DNA from: Candidatus Omnitrophota bacterium
Lineage (GTDB): Bacteria; Omnitrophota; Gorgyraeia; Tantalellales; Tantalellaceae
Reading direction: 5' to 3'
Length of the DNA: 64,000 nt
Assembly (NCBI GenBank): GCA_014728075.1
Contig: WJMG01000008.1
Span: 15,229 to 79,228, forward strand
Shown here one piece after another: positions 45,526-56,013 of this stretch. Each line of letters begins with the position of its first letter. Within the stretch, counting starts at the first letter, position 1. Made by a program: the position numbers and the translations under genes. The notes below the pieces were generated by a model, which was not told the origin of the DNA, did not search any database, and saw only the letters and a list, made by a program, of their open reading frames with translations.

Positions 45526-45619
45526 TATAGCGTGTAGCGTACAGCGTTTAGCGTTTATTTTTATACGCTGTACCCTGTATGCTGTACGCTGAATTTGCCC
45601 GAAGGGCAAAAGGAACCCC

Positions 45620-46081
45620 ATGATCCTCACAACAAGGTCTTCATACGGAGTGCGAGCGCTTATAAATGTGGCCATACTGCACCAGTCGGGTAAGCCCGTA
45701 TCGGTGAGAACGGTTGCCCGGGAAGAAGGCATTTCGGAGATATATCTAGAACAGATATTCAATTGCCTAAAGAAACGGGGCATCCTAAAGGCTACCCGCG
45801 GACCCAGGGGAGGGTACGCCCTCGCGTCCGATCCGGCGGAGATAACGGTCTACGATGTGGTCATGGCCCTTGAAGAGAGCCTCGCGCCGGGGAAATGCTC
45901 CGGAAGATCGGGAGAATGCTGTGAGAAGGCTTCCCGCTGCGTTTCCAAGGAAGTCTGGGACGCGGTCGAGAATAATGTTAAGAAAACCCTTATGGGGTAT
46001 ACACTTAAGTCGCTCGCTGAGAGGGCTGTCGAGGTCAATCCGTGCAGGGAGGCAAAGGTGAAACTGTTCGAATCACGATAA
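45620..46081 (+). CDS. Rrf2 family regulator, IscR-like with Cys ligands
   Basis: TRSSYG.RA, YLEQI, RGPRGGY.L, C..C..C cluster. Confidence 0.92.
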   Translation: MILTTRSSYGVRALINVAILHQSGKPVSVRTVAREEGISEIYLEQIFNCLKKRGILKATRGPRGGYALASDPAEITVYDVVMALEESLAPGKCSGRSGECCEKASRCVSKEVWDAVENNVKKTLMGYTLKSLAERAVEVNPCREAKVKLFESR

Positions 46082-46186
46082 AAGGGGAAAGCGGGTTCTT
46101 GCTCTTTGTAAAAATAATATTACTATTCTTATTAAAAAGTACATACAATAAGCGATATTTGGTGTATAATATCACACAAAGAAAAA

Positions 46187-46753
46187 GTGGAAGACATTAA
46201 ACTGAAAAAGAAGGAGATAAGGGAAAAGATAATCAGGCGTTTGCGGGAGCAGGAGCCCTCGCTGAGAAAGGAGAAAAGCAGGACCATACAGGAAAAACTT
46301 CTTTCTTCAGAGGAATTCAGGCTTGCACAGACGGTGATGACATATGTCGCCATGCCTGCGGAGGTGGATACGCTTTATTTCATCGAAGAGGCATTGCGGC
46401 TGGGAAAAAAGTTAGTAGCTCCATATGTTATTTCAGACACAGGGGATATGATCGCTTCGGAGCTTACGACAATAGATGACCTGAAAGAAGGGCCTTTCGG
46501 TATACTTGAACCGGAGAACGGGCCCGAAAGAAAGATCTCGTTGAAGGAGATAGACTTGATCGTTGTGCCGGGGGTGGCTTTTGACAAAAAGAACATGAGG
46601 CTAGGAAGAGGAAAGGGGTATTACGACCGCTTCCTTTCGTGTTCCCAGCTCGCTTCCGTACCGGCGGTAGGCCTTGCCTTCGACTTCCAGATGGTCGATT
46701 CCCTGCCCGCGGGCCCGCACGACAGGCCCGTATCCCGAGTCATTACCGGATGA
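46187..46753 (+). CDS. 5-formyltetrahydrofolate cyclo-ligase
   Basis: EVDT, FGILEP, VPGVAFD..RLGRGKGYYDRFL, PHD. Confidence 0.95.
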   Translation: MEDIKLKKKEIREKIIRRLREQEPSLRKEKSRTIQEKLLSSEEFRLAQTVMTYVAMPAEVDTLYFIEEALRLGKKLVAPYVISDTGDMIASELTTIDDLKEGPFGILEPENGPERKISLKEIDLIVVPGVAFDKKNMRLGRGKGYYDRFLSCSQLASVPAVGLAFDFQMVDSLPAGPHDRPVSRVITG

Positions 46754-46846
46754 CGGCCTAGCTCCGGCCGGGCAACTATTGCCTGGCCGGGAGTATTCCA
46801 TTCGTTCCTTCCGCGGCGCCATAACATAAAAAGGGAGGACCTGAAA

Positions 46847-48415
46847 ATGAACAACATGCCGATGTCGTATTTACTTTTCGCGTTCCTGGGTTGCGTTTTT
46901 TTCTTTATAATGGGATTCGTGCTCCGGCGGTACATAGCCAGCATGAAAGTGAAGAGGGCCGAGGATAAGGCCAAATCCATCATAAACGACTCCAGGGTAG
47001 AAGCGGAAAGAAGAAAGAGAGAATCAGCCCTCGAAGCGAAGGATATGCTCCTCAAGATGAGGACGGAATTCGAGGAAGAAACAAAAGAGCGGCGCAGGGA
47101 GCTGGGCGCGATGGAAAAGCGCCTAATGCAGAAAGAGGAGAACCTGGACCGCAAGGTCGAGTTCCTCGAGCAGAAACAGAAAGAAGTCGCGAAAAGCGAA
47201 TCGCAGGTAAAACAGCAGTATGACGAGGTGAACAGGAAGAAGCAGGACCTCGAGAACCTGCTGCAGCAGGAAAAAGACCGTCTTCAGGAAATATCCGGTA
47301 TGAGCAAGGAACAGGCCAAGAACCTGCTCGTACAGAAAATGGAAAGCGAAGCCAGGCAGGAAGCCGCCTATACCATCAAGCGGGTACAGGAGGAGACTAG
47401 GGATAAAGCCGATAAGGAGGCCCGCAAGATCGTGGGGCTCGCCATACAGAAATGCGCGGTGGACCACACTGTAGACACTACAGTAAGCGTGGTCAACCTG
47501 CCCTCGGAAGACATGAAGGGAAGGATCATCGGAAGGGAAGGAAGGAACATCCGGGCCCTCGAGATGGCCACGGGCGTCGATGTCATCATAGACGATACGC
47601 CGGAAGCGGTCATCATCTCGGGGTTCGACAAGTTCAGGAGGGAAATAGCCCGTATAGCGCTGGAACGCCTCCTCGAGGATGGAAGGATACACCCCGGGCG
47701 TATCGAGGAAGTGGTCGGTAAGGTAAAGAAAGAGATGGAAGCCAACATCAAGGAAGAGGGGGAGAACACCCTGCTGGACCTCGGTGTGCACGGTGTCCAC
47801 GCCGAAATAGTGAAGCTCCTGGGCCGCCTGAAGTACCGGACCAGTTACGGGCAGAATGTTCTCCAGCATTCAAAGGAGACAGCTTACCTCATGGCGGCAA
47901 TGGCCGGCGAGCTTCGGCTCGATGTGGCTCTGGCAAAAAGGATCGGCGCGCTTCACGATATCGGAAAGGCGGTTTCTCACGAGATGGAGGGGACCCACGC
48001 CAAGCTGGGGGCGGACCTCGCCAGAAAATACGGCGAACCCGATATAGTCATACACGCCATTGAGGCGCATCACGGCGATGTCGAGCCGAGGACTTTGCTT
48101 GCCGTTCTCGCCCAGGCGGCGGACGCGATCAGCGCGAGCCGTCCGGGAGCAAGGCGGGAGACCCTTGAAGCTTATGTCAAGCGCCTGGAAGAGCTTGAAG
48201 CCATAGCCAAAGAGTTCGAAGGCGTCGACAAGACATACGCCATACAGGCCGGAAGGGAGATCAGGGTGATAGTCCAGCCGGATAAGCTTGACGACGGCCA
48301 GTCGGCGGTAATGGCGCAGGAAATGAGAAAAAAGATAGAGGAAAACCTTCAGTATCCCGGGCAGATAAAAGTAGTGGTCATCCGGGAGACGAGGTCGGTG
48401 GAATACGCAAAATAA
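46847..48415 (+). CDS. rny: ribonuclease Y
   Basis: N-terminal TM, coiled coil, KH MKGRIIGREGRNIR, HD LHDIGK, AIQAGREIRV. Confidence 0.98.
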   Translation: MNNMPMSYLLFAFLGCVFFFIMGFVLRRYIASMKVKRAEDKAKSIINDSRVEAERRKRESALEAKDMLLKMRTEFEEETKERRRELGAMEKRLMQKEENLDRKVEFLEQKQKEVAKSESQVKQQYDEVNRKKQDLENLLQQEKDRLQEISGMSKEQAKNLLVQKMESEARQEAAYTIKRVQEETRDKADKEARKIVGLAIQKCAVDHTVDTTVSVVNLPSEDMKGRIIGREGRNIRALEMATGVDVIIDDTPEAVIISGFDKFRREIARIALERLLEDGRIHPGRIEEVVGKVKKEMEANIKEEGENTLLDLGVHGVHAEIVKLLGRLKYRTSYGQNVLQHSKETAYLMAAMAGELRLDVALAKRIGALHDIGKAVSHEMEGTHAKLGADLARKYGEPDIVIHAIEAHHGDVEPRTLLAVLAQAADAISASRPGARRETLEAYVKRLEELEAIAKEFEGVDKTYAIQAGREIRVIVQPDKLDDGQSAVMAQEMRKKIEENLQYPGQIKVVVIRETRSVEYAK

Positions 48416-48630
48416 ACGAGTACATAACTTAGCGAGCATAGCGAAGCTAAGTTATAAGCGCGAATTTATTTCGAGGAGGCCCGGAAGGACGAGGCGGCAA
48501 GCTTAGCAGGGATCGCTTCCTCGCTAACGCTTCTACCGCTTTTGCCGAGGTTTTCTGTTTCGCCGAGGCTACGCGGGAACAAGTCGGGTGACAAGGACAA
48601 TAAGGCAACAATAGAAAGATAAACAAAAAC

Positions 48631-49410
48631 ATGCGGCTACTATTCTTAGGAGACATAGTCGGATCGCCCGGAAGGGAGATAATCTCCAGAAAGCTGGGCA
48701 CTTTCCGGAAGGAACGGCAAATAGACCTCGTTGCCGCTAACGGCGAGAACGCCGCCGGCGGCAGCGGGCTGACCCCCAGAATATGCAATTCGCTTATAGA
48801 ATCCGGGGTCGATATCATAACTTCCGGGGACCACATCTGGAAGAAAAGGGAAATATACGATTACCTTGATTCGACCGACAGGCTGATAAGGCCCGCTAAT
48901 TACCCCGCGGGGGCTCCCGGCAAGGGATACACGGTGATAAAGACAGCCTCCGGTACCCTTGTGGGGGTCATAAATGTTATAGGGCGCGTTTTCATGGACG
49001 CCGTGGACTGTTCTTTCACTAAAGTAAGGGACATAGTCAAGGAGGTAAGGCGCCGGACCCCGGTAATACTGGTAGACATACACGCGGAAGCCACCAGCGA
49101 AAAGGTGGCCATGGGATGGTTCCTTGACGGTAAGGTGAGCGCTGTCGTCGGCACCCATACGCATGTCCAGACCGCGGACGAGAAGATCCTGCCGGAGGGC
49201 ACGGCCTACATCACGGACTGCGGCATGACGGGGCCACATCTTTCCGTGATAGGGAGGTCCAGAGGGCCGATAATAGAAAGGTTCCTGACGCAGCTCCCGA
49301 CGCGCTTCGAAGTGGCTTCGGAAGGTCTTGAAATGCACGGGGTGCTTATCGATATAGACGAAGGAACGGGAAAGGCCCTTAAAATAGAAAGGGTACAGGA
49401 AAAACTTTGA
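48631..49410 (+). CDS. YmdB-like metallophosphoesterase
   Basis: GDIVG..GR, NGENAAGG, RPANYP, DIHAEATSEK, GTHTHVQTAD. Confidence 0.95.
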   Translation: MRLLFLGDIVGSPGREIISRKLGTFRKERQIDLVAANGENAAGGSGLTPRICNSLIESGVDIITSGDHIWKKREIYDYLDSTDRLIRPANYPAGAPGKGYTVIKTASGTLVGVINVIGRVFMDAVDCSFTKVRDIVKEVRRRTPVILVDIHAEATSEKVAMGWFLDGKVSAVVGTHTHVQTADEKILPEGTAYITDCGMTGPHLSVIGRSRGPIIERFLTQLPTRFEVASEGLEMHGVLIDIDEGTGKALKIERVQEKL

Positions 49411-50663
49411 ACGAGATGTCCGTTAAGGAAATTAACGCCTATACCGTAAGCGAGCTGACCAGGGAAATAAGGGTTCTCCTGGAGGACAGCCTGTCCGGTA
49501 TACGCGTGGAAGGGGAGATCTCGAATTTCAAGGTCTATACATCCGGGCACGCGTACTTCAGTCTCAAGGACGAAAAGAGCGTGCTTAACTGCGTGATGTT
49601 CAGGAGCCACGCTTCGCGGGTCAGGTTCGAACCCCGCGACGGTCTGAGCGTTCTCTGCCGCGGGAGCGTCAGCGTTTACGACAAGAGGGGACAGTACCAG
49701 CTCTATGTGGAATCCATGGAGCCTAAAGGAAAAGGGGCTCTGCAGCTGGCTTTCGAACAGCTCAAGGAAAAACTCCTGAAAGAAGGCCTCTTCGACGAGG
49801 AGAAAAAGAAAGAGATCCCCGCGCTGCCGAAACATATAGGGGTGGTGACCTCTCCTTCGGGGGCGGCGATCAGGGATATCCTCAAAGTCGTGCACCGGAG
49901 GTTCGATAACATGAGGGTCACTTTGTATCCCGTTAAGGTCCAGGGCGACGGCGCGAAAGAAGAAATAGCCGCCGGTATAAAGGCGTTCAACGCGTACAAC
50001 GAGCAAATAAAGGAACAAGAGACGGGGGAGGATCCCGTGGATGTGCTGATAACCGGAAGAGGCGGGGGGAGCCTGGAAGACCTCTGGGCCTTCAACGAGG
50101 AAACGGTCGCCAGGGCGATCTTCGATTCGGAAATACCGGTAATAAGCGCGGTGGGACACGAAGTGGACTTCACTATAGCCGATTTCGCGGCGGACCTGCG
50201 GGCGGCGACACCTTCGGCGGCGGCGGAAGTTTCCGTTCCGCTCAAGAGCGACCTGCTTGACCGGGTAGGGGAATGCAGGAAAGCGCTGGACGAAAGAGTG
50301 AGAGAGAAGATAGAGGATCTGGAAGCCGAGGTGCTGGCGCTGAGGAAAAGCTATGTCCTCAGGACGCCCGTGAACATATTTCTTCAGCTCGGCCAGCAGA
50401 TAGACGACCTGGTCTCCCGGGCCTACTCTCATACGCGCCACCTTTACAGGATGAAAGAGGGGCGGCTCTCGGGCCTCGCCGGCAAACTGCGCGCTTTAAG
50501 CCCTTTATCCGTTCTCGAAAGGGGGTACGGCATAACCTTCAAGGGAGATAAAGTTGTAAAGAAGGTCTCGTCAGTGAAAAGAGGAGATGTGATCAAGACC
50601 AGGCTTGCGGACGGTGAGATATCCAGTACCGTAGAGACGATCAAGGCCAAAAGTAACGGGTAA
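49407..50663 (+). CDS. xseA: exodeoxyribonuclease VII large subunit
   Basis: GEISN, SGH.YFSLKD, RGGGSLEDLWAFNEE, SAVGHE.D, TPSAAAE, RGY. Confidence 0.96.
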   Translation: MNEMSVKEINAYTVSELTREIRVLLEDSLSGIRVEGEISNFKVYTSGHAYFSLKDEKSVLNCVMFRSHASRVRFEPRDGLSVLCRGSVSVYDKRGQYQLYVESMEPKGKGALQLAFEQLKEKLLKEGLFDEEKKKEIPALPKHIGVVTSPSGAAIRDILKVVHRRFDNMRVTLYPVKVQGDGAKEEIAAGIKAFNAYNEQIKEQETGEDPVDVLITGRGGGSLEDLWAFNEETVARAIFDSEIPVISAVGHEVDFTIADFAADLRAATPSAAAEVSVPLKSDLLDRVGECRKALDERVREKIEDLEAEVLALRKSYVLRTPVNIFLQLGQQIDDLVSRAYSHTRHLYRMKEGRLSGLAGKLRALSPLSVLERGYGITFKGDKVVKKVSSVKRGDVIKTRLADGEISSTVETIKAKSNG

Positions 50664-50803
50664 AAGGCACAAAAACAGGTACTTTTCCAGGATACGGTGG
50701 AGAAAAAATAATGGAGATCTTAGGCCAGAGACTATAGGCTTCAGGTGATGAACTTAACACCTTCAGCCCTTCGTCTTTAGCCTTTATCCTAAATGGAGAC
50801 GGT

Positions 50804-51025
50804 ATGAAAGAGACGAGTTTTGAGAAAGCGCTGGAGAATCTGGAAAGAACGGTCGATGAGCTGGAGGCGGGGGAGCTTTCGCTGGACGATTCGCTTAAAA
50901 AGTACGAAGAAGGAGTGAAGCTTGCCCGGATGTGCCAGGAAAAACTGGAGAAGGCAAAGAAAAGGATAGAAAAGCTTGTAAAGGACGACGGAAAGTTCTC
51001 GACCGAACCCTTGGATGAAGAATAG
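50804..51025 (+). CDS. xseB: exodeoxyribonuclease VII small subunit
   Basis: FEKALENLE..V..LE.GELSL..SL..YEEG. Confidence 0.95.
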   Translation: MKETSFEKALENLERTVDELEAGELSLDDSLKKYEEGVKLARMCQEKLEKAKKRIEKLVKDDGKFSTEPLDEE

Positions 51026-51069
51026 ATAGCGTTTAGCGGACAGCGTGTAGCGTATACCGGAGAAATACT

Positions 51070-52941
51070 ATGAGCGAGCATTTGAAGAATATCAAAGGGC
51101 CGGGAGACCTCAAGGGAATGTCCGTTCCCGAGCTGAAGGCTCTCGCGCAGGAGATAAGGGAAAGGCTGGTGGATGTCACTTCGAAAAAAGGAGGCCATCT
51201 TGCCGCGAGCCTCGGAGCGGTCGAGATAGCGATCGCTCTTCATTATACGCTTAAAAGCCCCCAAGACAAAATAGTATGGGATGTTGGACACCAGAGCTAC
51301 GCCCATAAACTTTTGACCGGCAGAGAAGAGCATTTTGACACATTACGGGAAATGGGGGGCATAAGCGGATTTCCCAAAAGGGAGGAAAGCGAACACGACA
51401 TCTTCACCTCGGGGCACGCGTCGACCTCTATCTCCTCGGCGATAGGCCTGGCACAGGCAAGGGACCTTAAAGGAGAAGACCATAAGGTAGTCGCGGTGAT
51501 CGGGGACGCGTCGCTTTCCGCGGGCCTGGCTTTCGAGGGGATGAACCACGCGGGACACACGAAGACCAATTTCGCGGTCATCCTCAACGATAACGAGCAT
51601 TCCATTTCCAAGCCGGTCGGCGCCATGTCCAGGTGCCTAAACCAGATGATATCGAATCCGCTCTATAACAGGGTGAGGGACGAGGCCGAAAAAGTGGTCA
51701 AGAGCATACCGCGGCTCGGGCCGGCCGCGGTAAAAAAGGTCAAGAAGTTCCAGGAAGGCTTAAAGAACCTTATAGTACCCGGGATACTTTTCGAGGAGCT
51801 GGGCTTCAGGTATTTCGGCCCCATAGACGGGCACGATCTCGAAGGAATGATCTCAATGTTCGGTAAGATACTTCCCATGAAAGAGCCGGTCCTCATACAT
51901 GTTATCACGAAAAAGGGGAAAGGGTATAAGTTCGCAGAGGAAGACCCGACGACTTTCCACGGTGTCGACGCTTTTGATGTGGAAGAAGGAAGCCAGGCCA
52001 GCAGCAAGAAGAAATCCTTTACAGAGCATTTCTCCGATAAGATGGCGGAACTCGGAAAGAAGAACAAGGACATAGTGGCCGTTACGGCAGCCATGCCGGG
52101 CGGTACGGGCCTTTCGGAATTCGGAAGGCTCTTTCCGGACAGAACTTACGATGTCGGCATAACCGAAGCCCATGCCGTGACCTTCGCGGCGGGACTGGCA
52201 AGGGGAGGCCTGAAACCGGTGGTCGCGGTATATTCCACATTCATGCAGAGGGCGTACGACCAGCTTATACACGATGTAGCGCTGCAGAAACTGCCGGTCG
52301 TTTTCTGTCTGGACAGAGCGGGTCTCGTGGGGAAGGACGGGCCTACGCATCACGGGGCTTTCGATCTGTCATATACAAGGAACATTCCCGGATTTACGGT
52401 AATGGCCCCCAAAGACGGCGAGGAACTCGAACAGATGCTCGAGCGTTCTTTCGAGTGGAACCGGCCGGTGGTCATAAGGTATCCGCGTGGAGAAGCTACC
52501 CAGCTTGTAAGCGCTTCTTCCTGCGCGCCGCTGGAATACGGAAAAGCCGAAAGCCTGAGGCAGGGGAAGGATTTTGCCGTAATAGCGCTGGGCTGTATGG
52601 TCAACACTTCTCTCCGGGCATGCGATATGCTTTCCGGGCAGGGTATAGAGGGAGCTGTTATAAACGCGAGGTTCGTAAAACCGCTGGACAGTGTCATGCT
52701 CGAGGAAGTCTTTCATAAGCATAAAAAGGTCTTTACGATAGAGGAAGGCGTGGCAAGCGGAGGTTTCGGCGGAGCGGTGCTCGAATTCGCCGAGAGAGAG
52801 AATATAAGCGGGGTAAAGATCAGGTGCATCGGACTGCCTGATGAATTCATCGAACACGGAAGCCAGGAAGAACTCAGGAGAAAATATCACCTTACGCCCG
52901 ACGAACTCGCGGGGGTCATTAAGAGCGAGCTCGGGAAATAG
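51070..52941 (+). CDS. dxs: 1-deoxy-D-xylulose-5-phosphate synthase
   Basis: GGHLA.SLG, WDVGHQ.Y.HK, GHASTS, YSTF.QRAYDQ..HD, DGPTHHG, RYPRG. Confidence 0.97.
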   Translation: MSEHLKNIKGPGDLKGMSVPELKALAQEIRERLVDVTSKKGGHLAASLGAVEIAIALHYTLKSPQDKIVWDVGHQSYAHKLLTGREEHFDTLREMGGISGFPKREESEHDIFTSGHASTSISSAIGLAQARDLKGEDHKVVAVIGDASLSAGLAFEGMNHAGHTKTNFAVILNDNEHSISKPVGAMSRCLNQMISNPLYNRVRDEAEKVVKSIPRLGPAAVKKVKKFQEGLKNLIVPGILFEELGFRYFGPIDGHDLEGMISMFGKILPMKEPVLIHVITKKGKGYKFAEEDPTTFHGVDAFDVEEGSQASSKKKSFTEHFSDKMAELGKKNKDIVAVTAAMPGGTGLSEFGRLFPDRTYDVGITEAHAVTFAAGLARGGLKPVVAVYSTFMQRAYDQLIHDVALQKLPVVFCLDRAGLVGKDGPTHHGAFDLSYTRNIPGFTVMAPKDGEELEQMLERSFEWNRPVVIRYPRGEATQLVSASSCAPLEYGKAESLRQGKDFAVIALGCMVNTSLRACDMLSGQGIEGAVINARFVKPLDSVMLEEVFHKHKKVFTIEEGVASGGFGGAVLEFAERENISGVKIRCIGLPDEFIEHGSQEELRRKYHLTPDELAGVIKSELGK

Positions 52942-52967
52942 TGCCTTTTTTGAGGAAAGTTCGTGTT

Positions 52968-53186
52968 ATGGGAAAAAAGCGGAAAATCAAAGTATACAGC
53001 GAAAAGTGCAAGGGGTGCGGCCTTTGTGTTCAGGTCTGTCCCGCGGGAGTCCTGGAGATCTCCGGGGAGATAAACCGCAAGGGCATGCCCGTTGTCAAAG
53101 TAAGGGATATAGAGAAATGCACCGGCTGCGGGCTTTGTTTTATAATGTGTCCGGATTGCGCTCTGGAGATAGTGGAAGAGGAGTAG
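52968..53186 (+). CDS. 2[4Fe-4S] ferredoxin subunit of 2-oxoacid:ferredoxin oxidoreductase
   Basis: CKGCGLC..CP and CTGCGLC..CPD. Confidence 0.9.
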   Translation: MGKKRKIKVYSEKCKGCGLCVQVCPAGVLEISGEINRKGMPVVKVRDIEKCTGCGLCFIMCPDCALEIVEEE

Positions 53187-53316
53187 TGGAGTTCGTATCG
53201 AGTACCGCGGGCCGCGTATCGCGTTAAAGAATTGGCTGAGGATAGGGGCTATGCCCCGAGGCGGTACGCGATGCGCGAGACGCGGCAATAAGTAGCTGTT
53301 TAACAGCGGGAATATT

Positions 53317-54390
53317 ATGGCCAAGATCAAATATTTATCTACAGGGAACGAGGCTTGCGGAGAGGGAGCGATAAGGGCCGGATGCCGGTTTTACGCCGGG
53401 TACCCCATAACACCCCAGAACGAACTTACTGCGTATATGTCCCGGAGGATGGAAGAGGAGAAGGGAATATTCATCCAGTCCGAAAGCGAGCTGTCCGCGG
53501 TGAATATGGTCATGGGAGCGTCAGCGGCCGGAGCCAGGGCCATGACCAGTTCTTCCAGCCCCGGCATAAGCCTCAAGCAGGAAGGGATATCGTATCTTGC
53601 GGGAATGGAGCTTCCCGCGGTGATCATAAATGTAATGCGCGGCGGGCCGGGATTGGGGAACATCTCTCCCGCCCAGGGCGATTATTTTCAGTCGACGAAG
53701 GGAGGGGGCCACGGCGATTACCGCCTTATGGTATACGCGCCCTCGACCGTCCAGGAAATGTTCGAGATGACCTACCGAGCTTTCGGTAAGGCCGATAAAT
53801 ACCGGATGACGGTAATGATACTGGCCGACGGTATGCTGGGCCAGATGATGGAGCCGCTTGAGTTCGACGAGGATATAAAGCCCGAAGGCGAGACCCGAAA
53901 GCCGTGGGCAATGACCGGCGCCGAAGGCCGGGAAGCCGGCAGCGTAAAGAGCCTGTTTCTGGGAGAAGGGGTCCTGGAAGATATTAACGACAGGCTGCAG
54001 GCTAAATACAGGAAAATAGAAGCCGCCGAGTGCGAATATGAGGAATATCGCACCGAGGACGCGGAAGTGGTCATAACAGGGTACGGGACCGTGGGAAGGA
54101 TCGCGCGGTCGGCCGTAGATATGCTAAGAAGCGAAGGAGTAAAGGCCGGCCTCCTCAGGCCCGTCACCCTCTGGCCGTTCCCTTACGAGCGTCTCAGGGA
54201 ATTAAAGGGAAAAGGCGCCCGTTTTCTGGCGGTCGAGATGAGCGCGGGGCAGATGGTAGAGGATGTGAGGCTGGCCGTTCAGGACGATCCGAAAGTTTCC
54301 TTTCTCGGCAGGACCGGGGGAGGGATACCTTCGGAGGGAGAGATAGTAGAAAAGGCCAGGGAAAAGTTTACAAGTAAAAAGGAAAAGTAG
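53317..54390 (+). CDS. vorB: 2-oxoacid:ferredoxin oxidoreductase alpha-type subunit (VorB-like)
   Basis: GNEA, GYPITPQ, SSSSPGISLKQE, RGGPGLG, GGGHGDY, VEMSAGQM. Confidence 0.9.
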   Translation: MAKIKYLSTGNEACGEGAIRAGCRFYAGYPITPQNELTAYMSRRMEEEKGIFIQSESELSAVNMVMGASAAGARAMTSSSSPGISLKQEGISYLAGMELPAVIINVMRGGPGLGNISPAQGDYFQSTKGGGHGDYRLMVYAPSTVQEMFEMTYRAFGKADKYRMTVMILADGMLGQMMEPLEFDEDIKPEGETRKPWAMTGAEGREAGSVKSLFLGEGVLEDINDRLQAKYRKIEAAECEYEEYRTEDAEVVITGYGTVGRIARSAVDMLRSEGVKAGLLRPVTLWPFPYERLRELKGKGARFLAVEMSAGQMVEDVRLAVQDDPKVSFLGRTGGGIPSEGEIVEKAREKFTSKKEK

Positions 54391-54446
54391 GCCTTCGGAG
54401 GAAGAGACCTGTCTCCTCCGCCCTGTACGCTAAATATAGGAGCGAC

Positions 54447-55178
54447 ATGTCGACAACATTCAAAAAACCGGTATCCATGCGGGACAATGTGATGCATTAC
54501 TGTCCCGGGTGCGGCCACGGGCTTATACACCGCCTGGTATGCGAGGTCATAGACGAGCTGGGCCTCAGGGAAAAGACAATAGCAATAGCTCCCGTGGGAT
54601 GCGCGGTGCTCGCTTACGATTACTGGGATTTTGACACCATGGAAGCCCCGCACGGCAGGACGCCCGCGGTGGCGACGGGGGTGAAGCGGGTTCTTCCCGA
54701 CAGGTTCGTTTTCACTTACCAGGGGGACGGTGACCTCGCCGCCATAGGGACTTCTGAAATAATCCACGCCGGCAACCGCGGAGAGAACATATCGGTCGTT
54801 TTTGTAAACAACGGTGTTTACGGTATGACCGGGGGTCAGATGGCGCCAACAACTCTTATAGGCCAGGCCACCGCGACTTCACAGTACAAAAGGCGTCCCG
54901 AAAAAGAAGGCTTCCCTCTGAAGATACTGGAGATGATGGCCCTGCTTGACGGAGTGGTATACCTGGAACGCACTTCGGTACATTCGCCAAAAGATGTCTT
55001 GAACACGAAAAAGGCTGTCAAAAGGTCTTTCGAGACGCAGATCGGCAACAAGGGGTTCTCCATGGTAGAGGTCCTTTCGCCGTGCCCAACTTACTGGGGG
55101 CTTTCTCCGGTGGAGTCGATGAAGAGGATAGAGACCGAGGTGGTGAAGGAGTATCCGCTGGGGGTCATTAAAGGCTGA
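54447..55178 (+). CDS. 2-oxoacid:ferredoxin oxidoreductase beta (TPP-binding) subunit
   Basis: YCPGCGH, PVGC, HGR, YQGDGD, NN..YGMTGGQ. Confidence 0.92.
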   Translation: MSTTFKKPVSMRDNVMHYCPGCGHGLIHRLVCEVIDELGLREKTIAIAPVGCAVLAYDYWDFDTMEAPHGRTPAVATGVKRVLPDRFVFTYQGDGDLAAIGTSEIIHAGNRGENISVVFVNNGVYGMTGGQMAPTTLIGQATATSQYKRRPEKEGFPLKILEMMALLDGVVYLERTSVHSPKDVLNTKKAVKRSFETQIGNKGFSMVEVLSPCPTYWGLSPVESMKRIETEVVKEYPLGVIKG

Positions 55179-55380
55179 AAGCCTTTAATGACAGGTTTAG
55201 GGTCCAGGTTGAGTCGACGGTCGACAGACCACGGACCACATATTTGAATAAGATTTAGATTTAGACTGAGATTTAGCAGGCCTTCGGCCTGTAAAGTTCT
55301 TTCTCAATCTCGATCTGAATCTCAATCTGAACAATTAGATTCTCTCCCGGTTTATGGGGGATGACAACTTTTACTTTAGC

Positions 55381-55947
55381 ATGAAAAACATCAATGAATC
55401 GATCATATGCGCGGGGTTCGGGGGGCAGGGGATAATGACCCTGGGGAAAGTGCTGGCTAACGCTGCCATGGTAGCGGGATACCATGTCACATGGATGCCT
55501 TCCTACGGAGCGGAGGTAAGGGGCGGGACCGCTCATGCCATGATAAAGATATCCTCGGAACCGATCGCCAGCCCCATGGTAAGAGAAGTCGACACGGCTA
55601 TAATAATGAACGATCCTTCACTGCAGAAGTTCGGGCCGAAGGTGAAAGAAGGCGGTCTCCTGATAGTCAATACCTCCATAGTTTCCGCCCATCCCGAAAA
55701 GGCCGGAAGAGACCTGGTCCTTGCTCCTCTCACGGACGAGGCCCTGGAGATCGGGAACATCAAGACCGCGAACATGATAGCCGTGGGTATATACATTGCC
55801 ATAAAAGGTGTTTTAAAAGAAAATACGGTCGATAAGGTCATGGAGAAGATGGCGGCCGGACGGGAAAAGATCCTGCCCGTGAACAGGAAAGCGGTAGAGC
55901 GGGGAATGGAGATAGGCCAGAGGCAAAAGGCCAAAGGCAAAGGGTAA
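55381..55947 (+). CDS. 2-oxoacid:ferredoxin oxidoreductase gamma subunit
   Basis: AGFGGQG, PSYG.E.RGGTA, ANM. Confidence 0.92.
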   Translation: MKNINESIICAGFGGQGIMTLGKVLANAAMVAGYHVTWMPSYGAEVRGGTAHAMIKISSEPIASPMVREVDTAIIMNDPSLQKFGPKVKEGGLLIVNTSIVSAHPEKAGRDLVLAPLTDEALEIGNIKTANMIAVGIYIAIKGVLKENTVDKVMEKMAAGREKILPVNRKAVERGMEIGQRQKAKGKG

Positions 55948-56013
55948 GGGGTTGCTTTTCACGGCCCTTAGCCATTAGCCCAATGCCGCAAAAGCGGTTG
56001 AAAAGGAGAGCAT

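Noticed and set aside
50697-50715. Additional copy of the stress-cluster operator (GTGGAGAAAAAATAAT)
   Set aside because: Single degenerate half-site inside a repeat mosaic with no promoter geometry.
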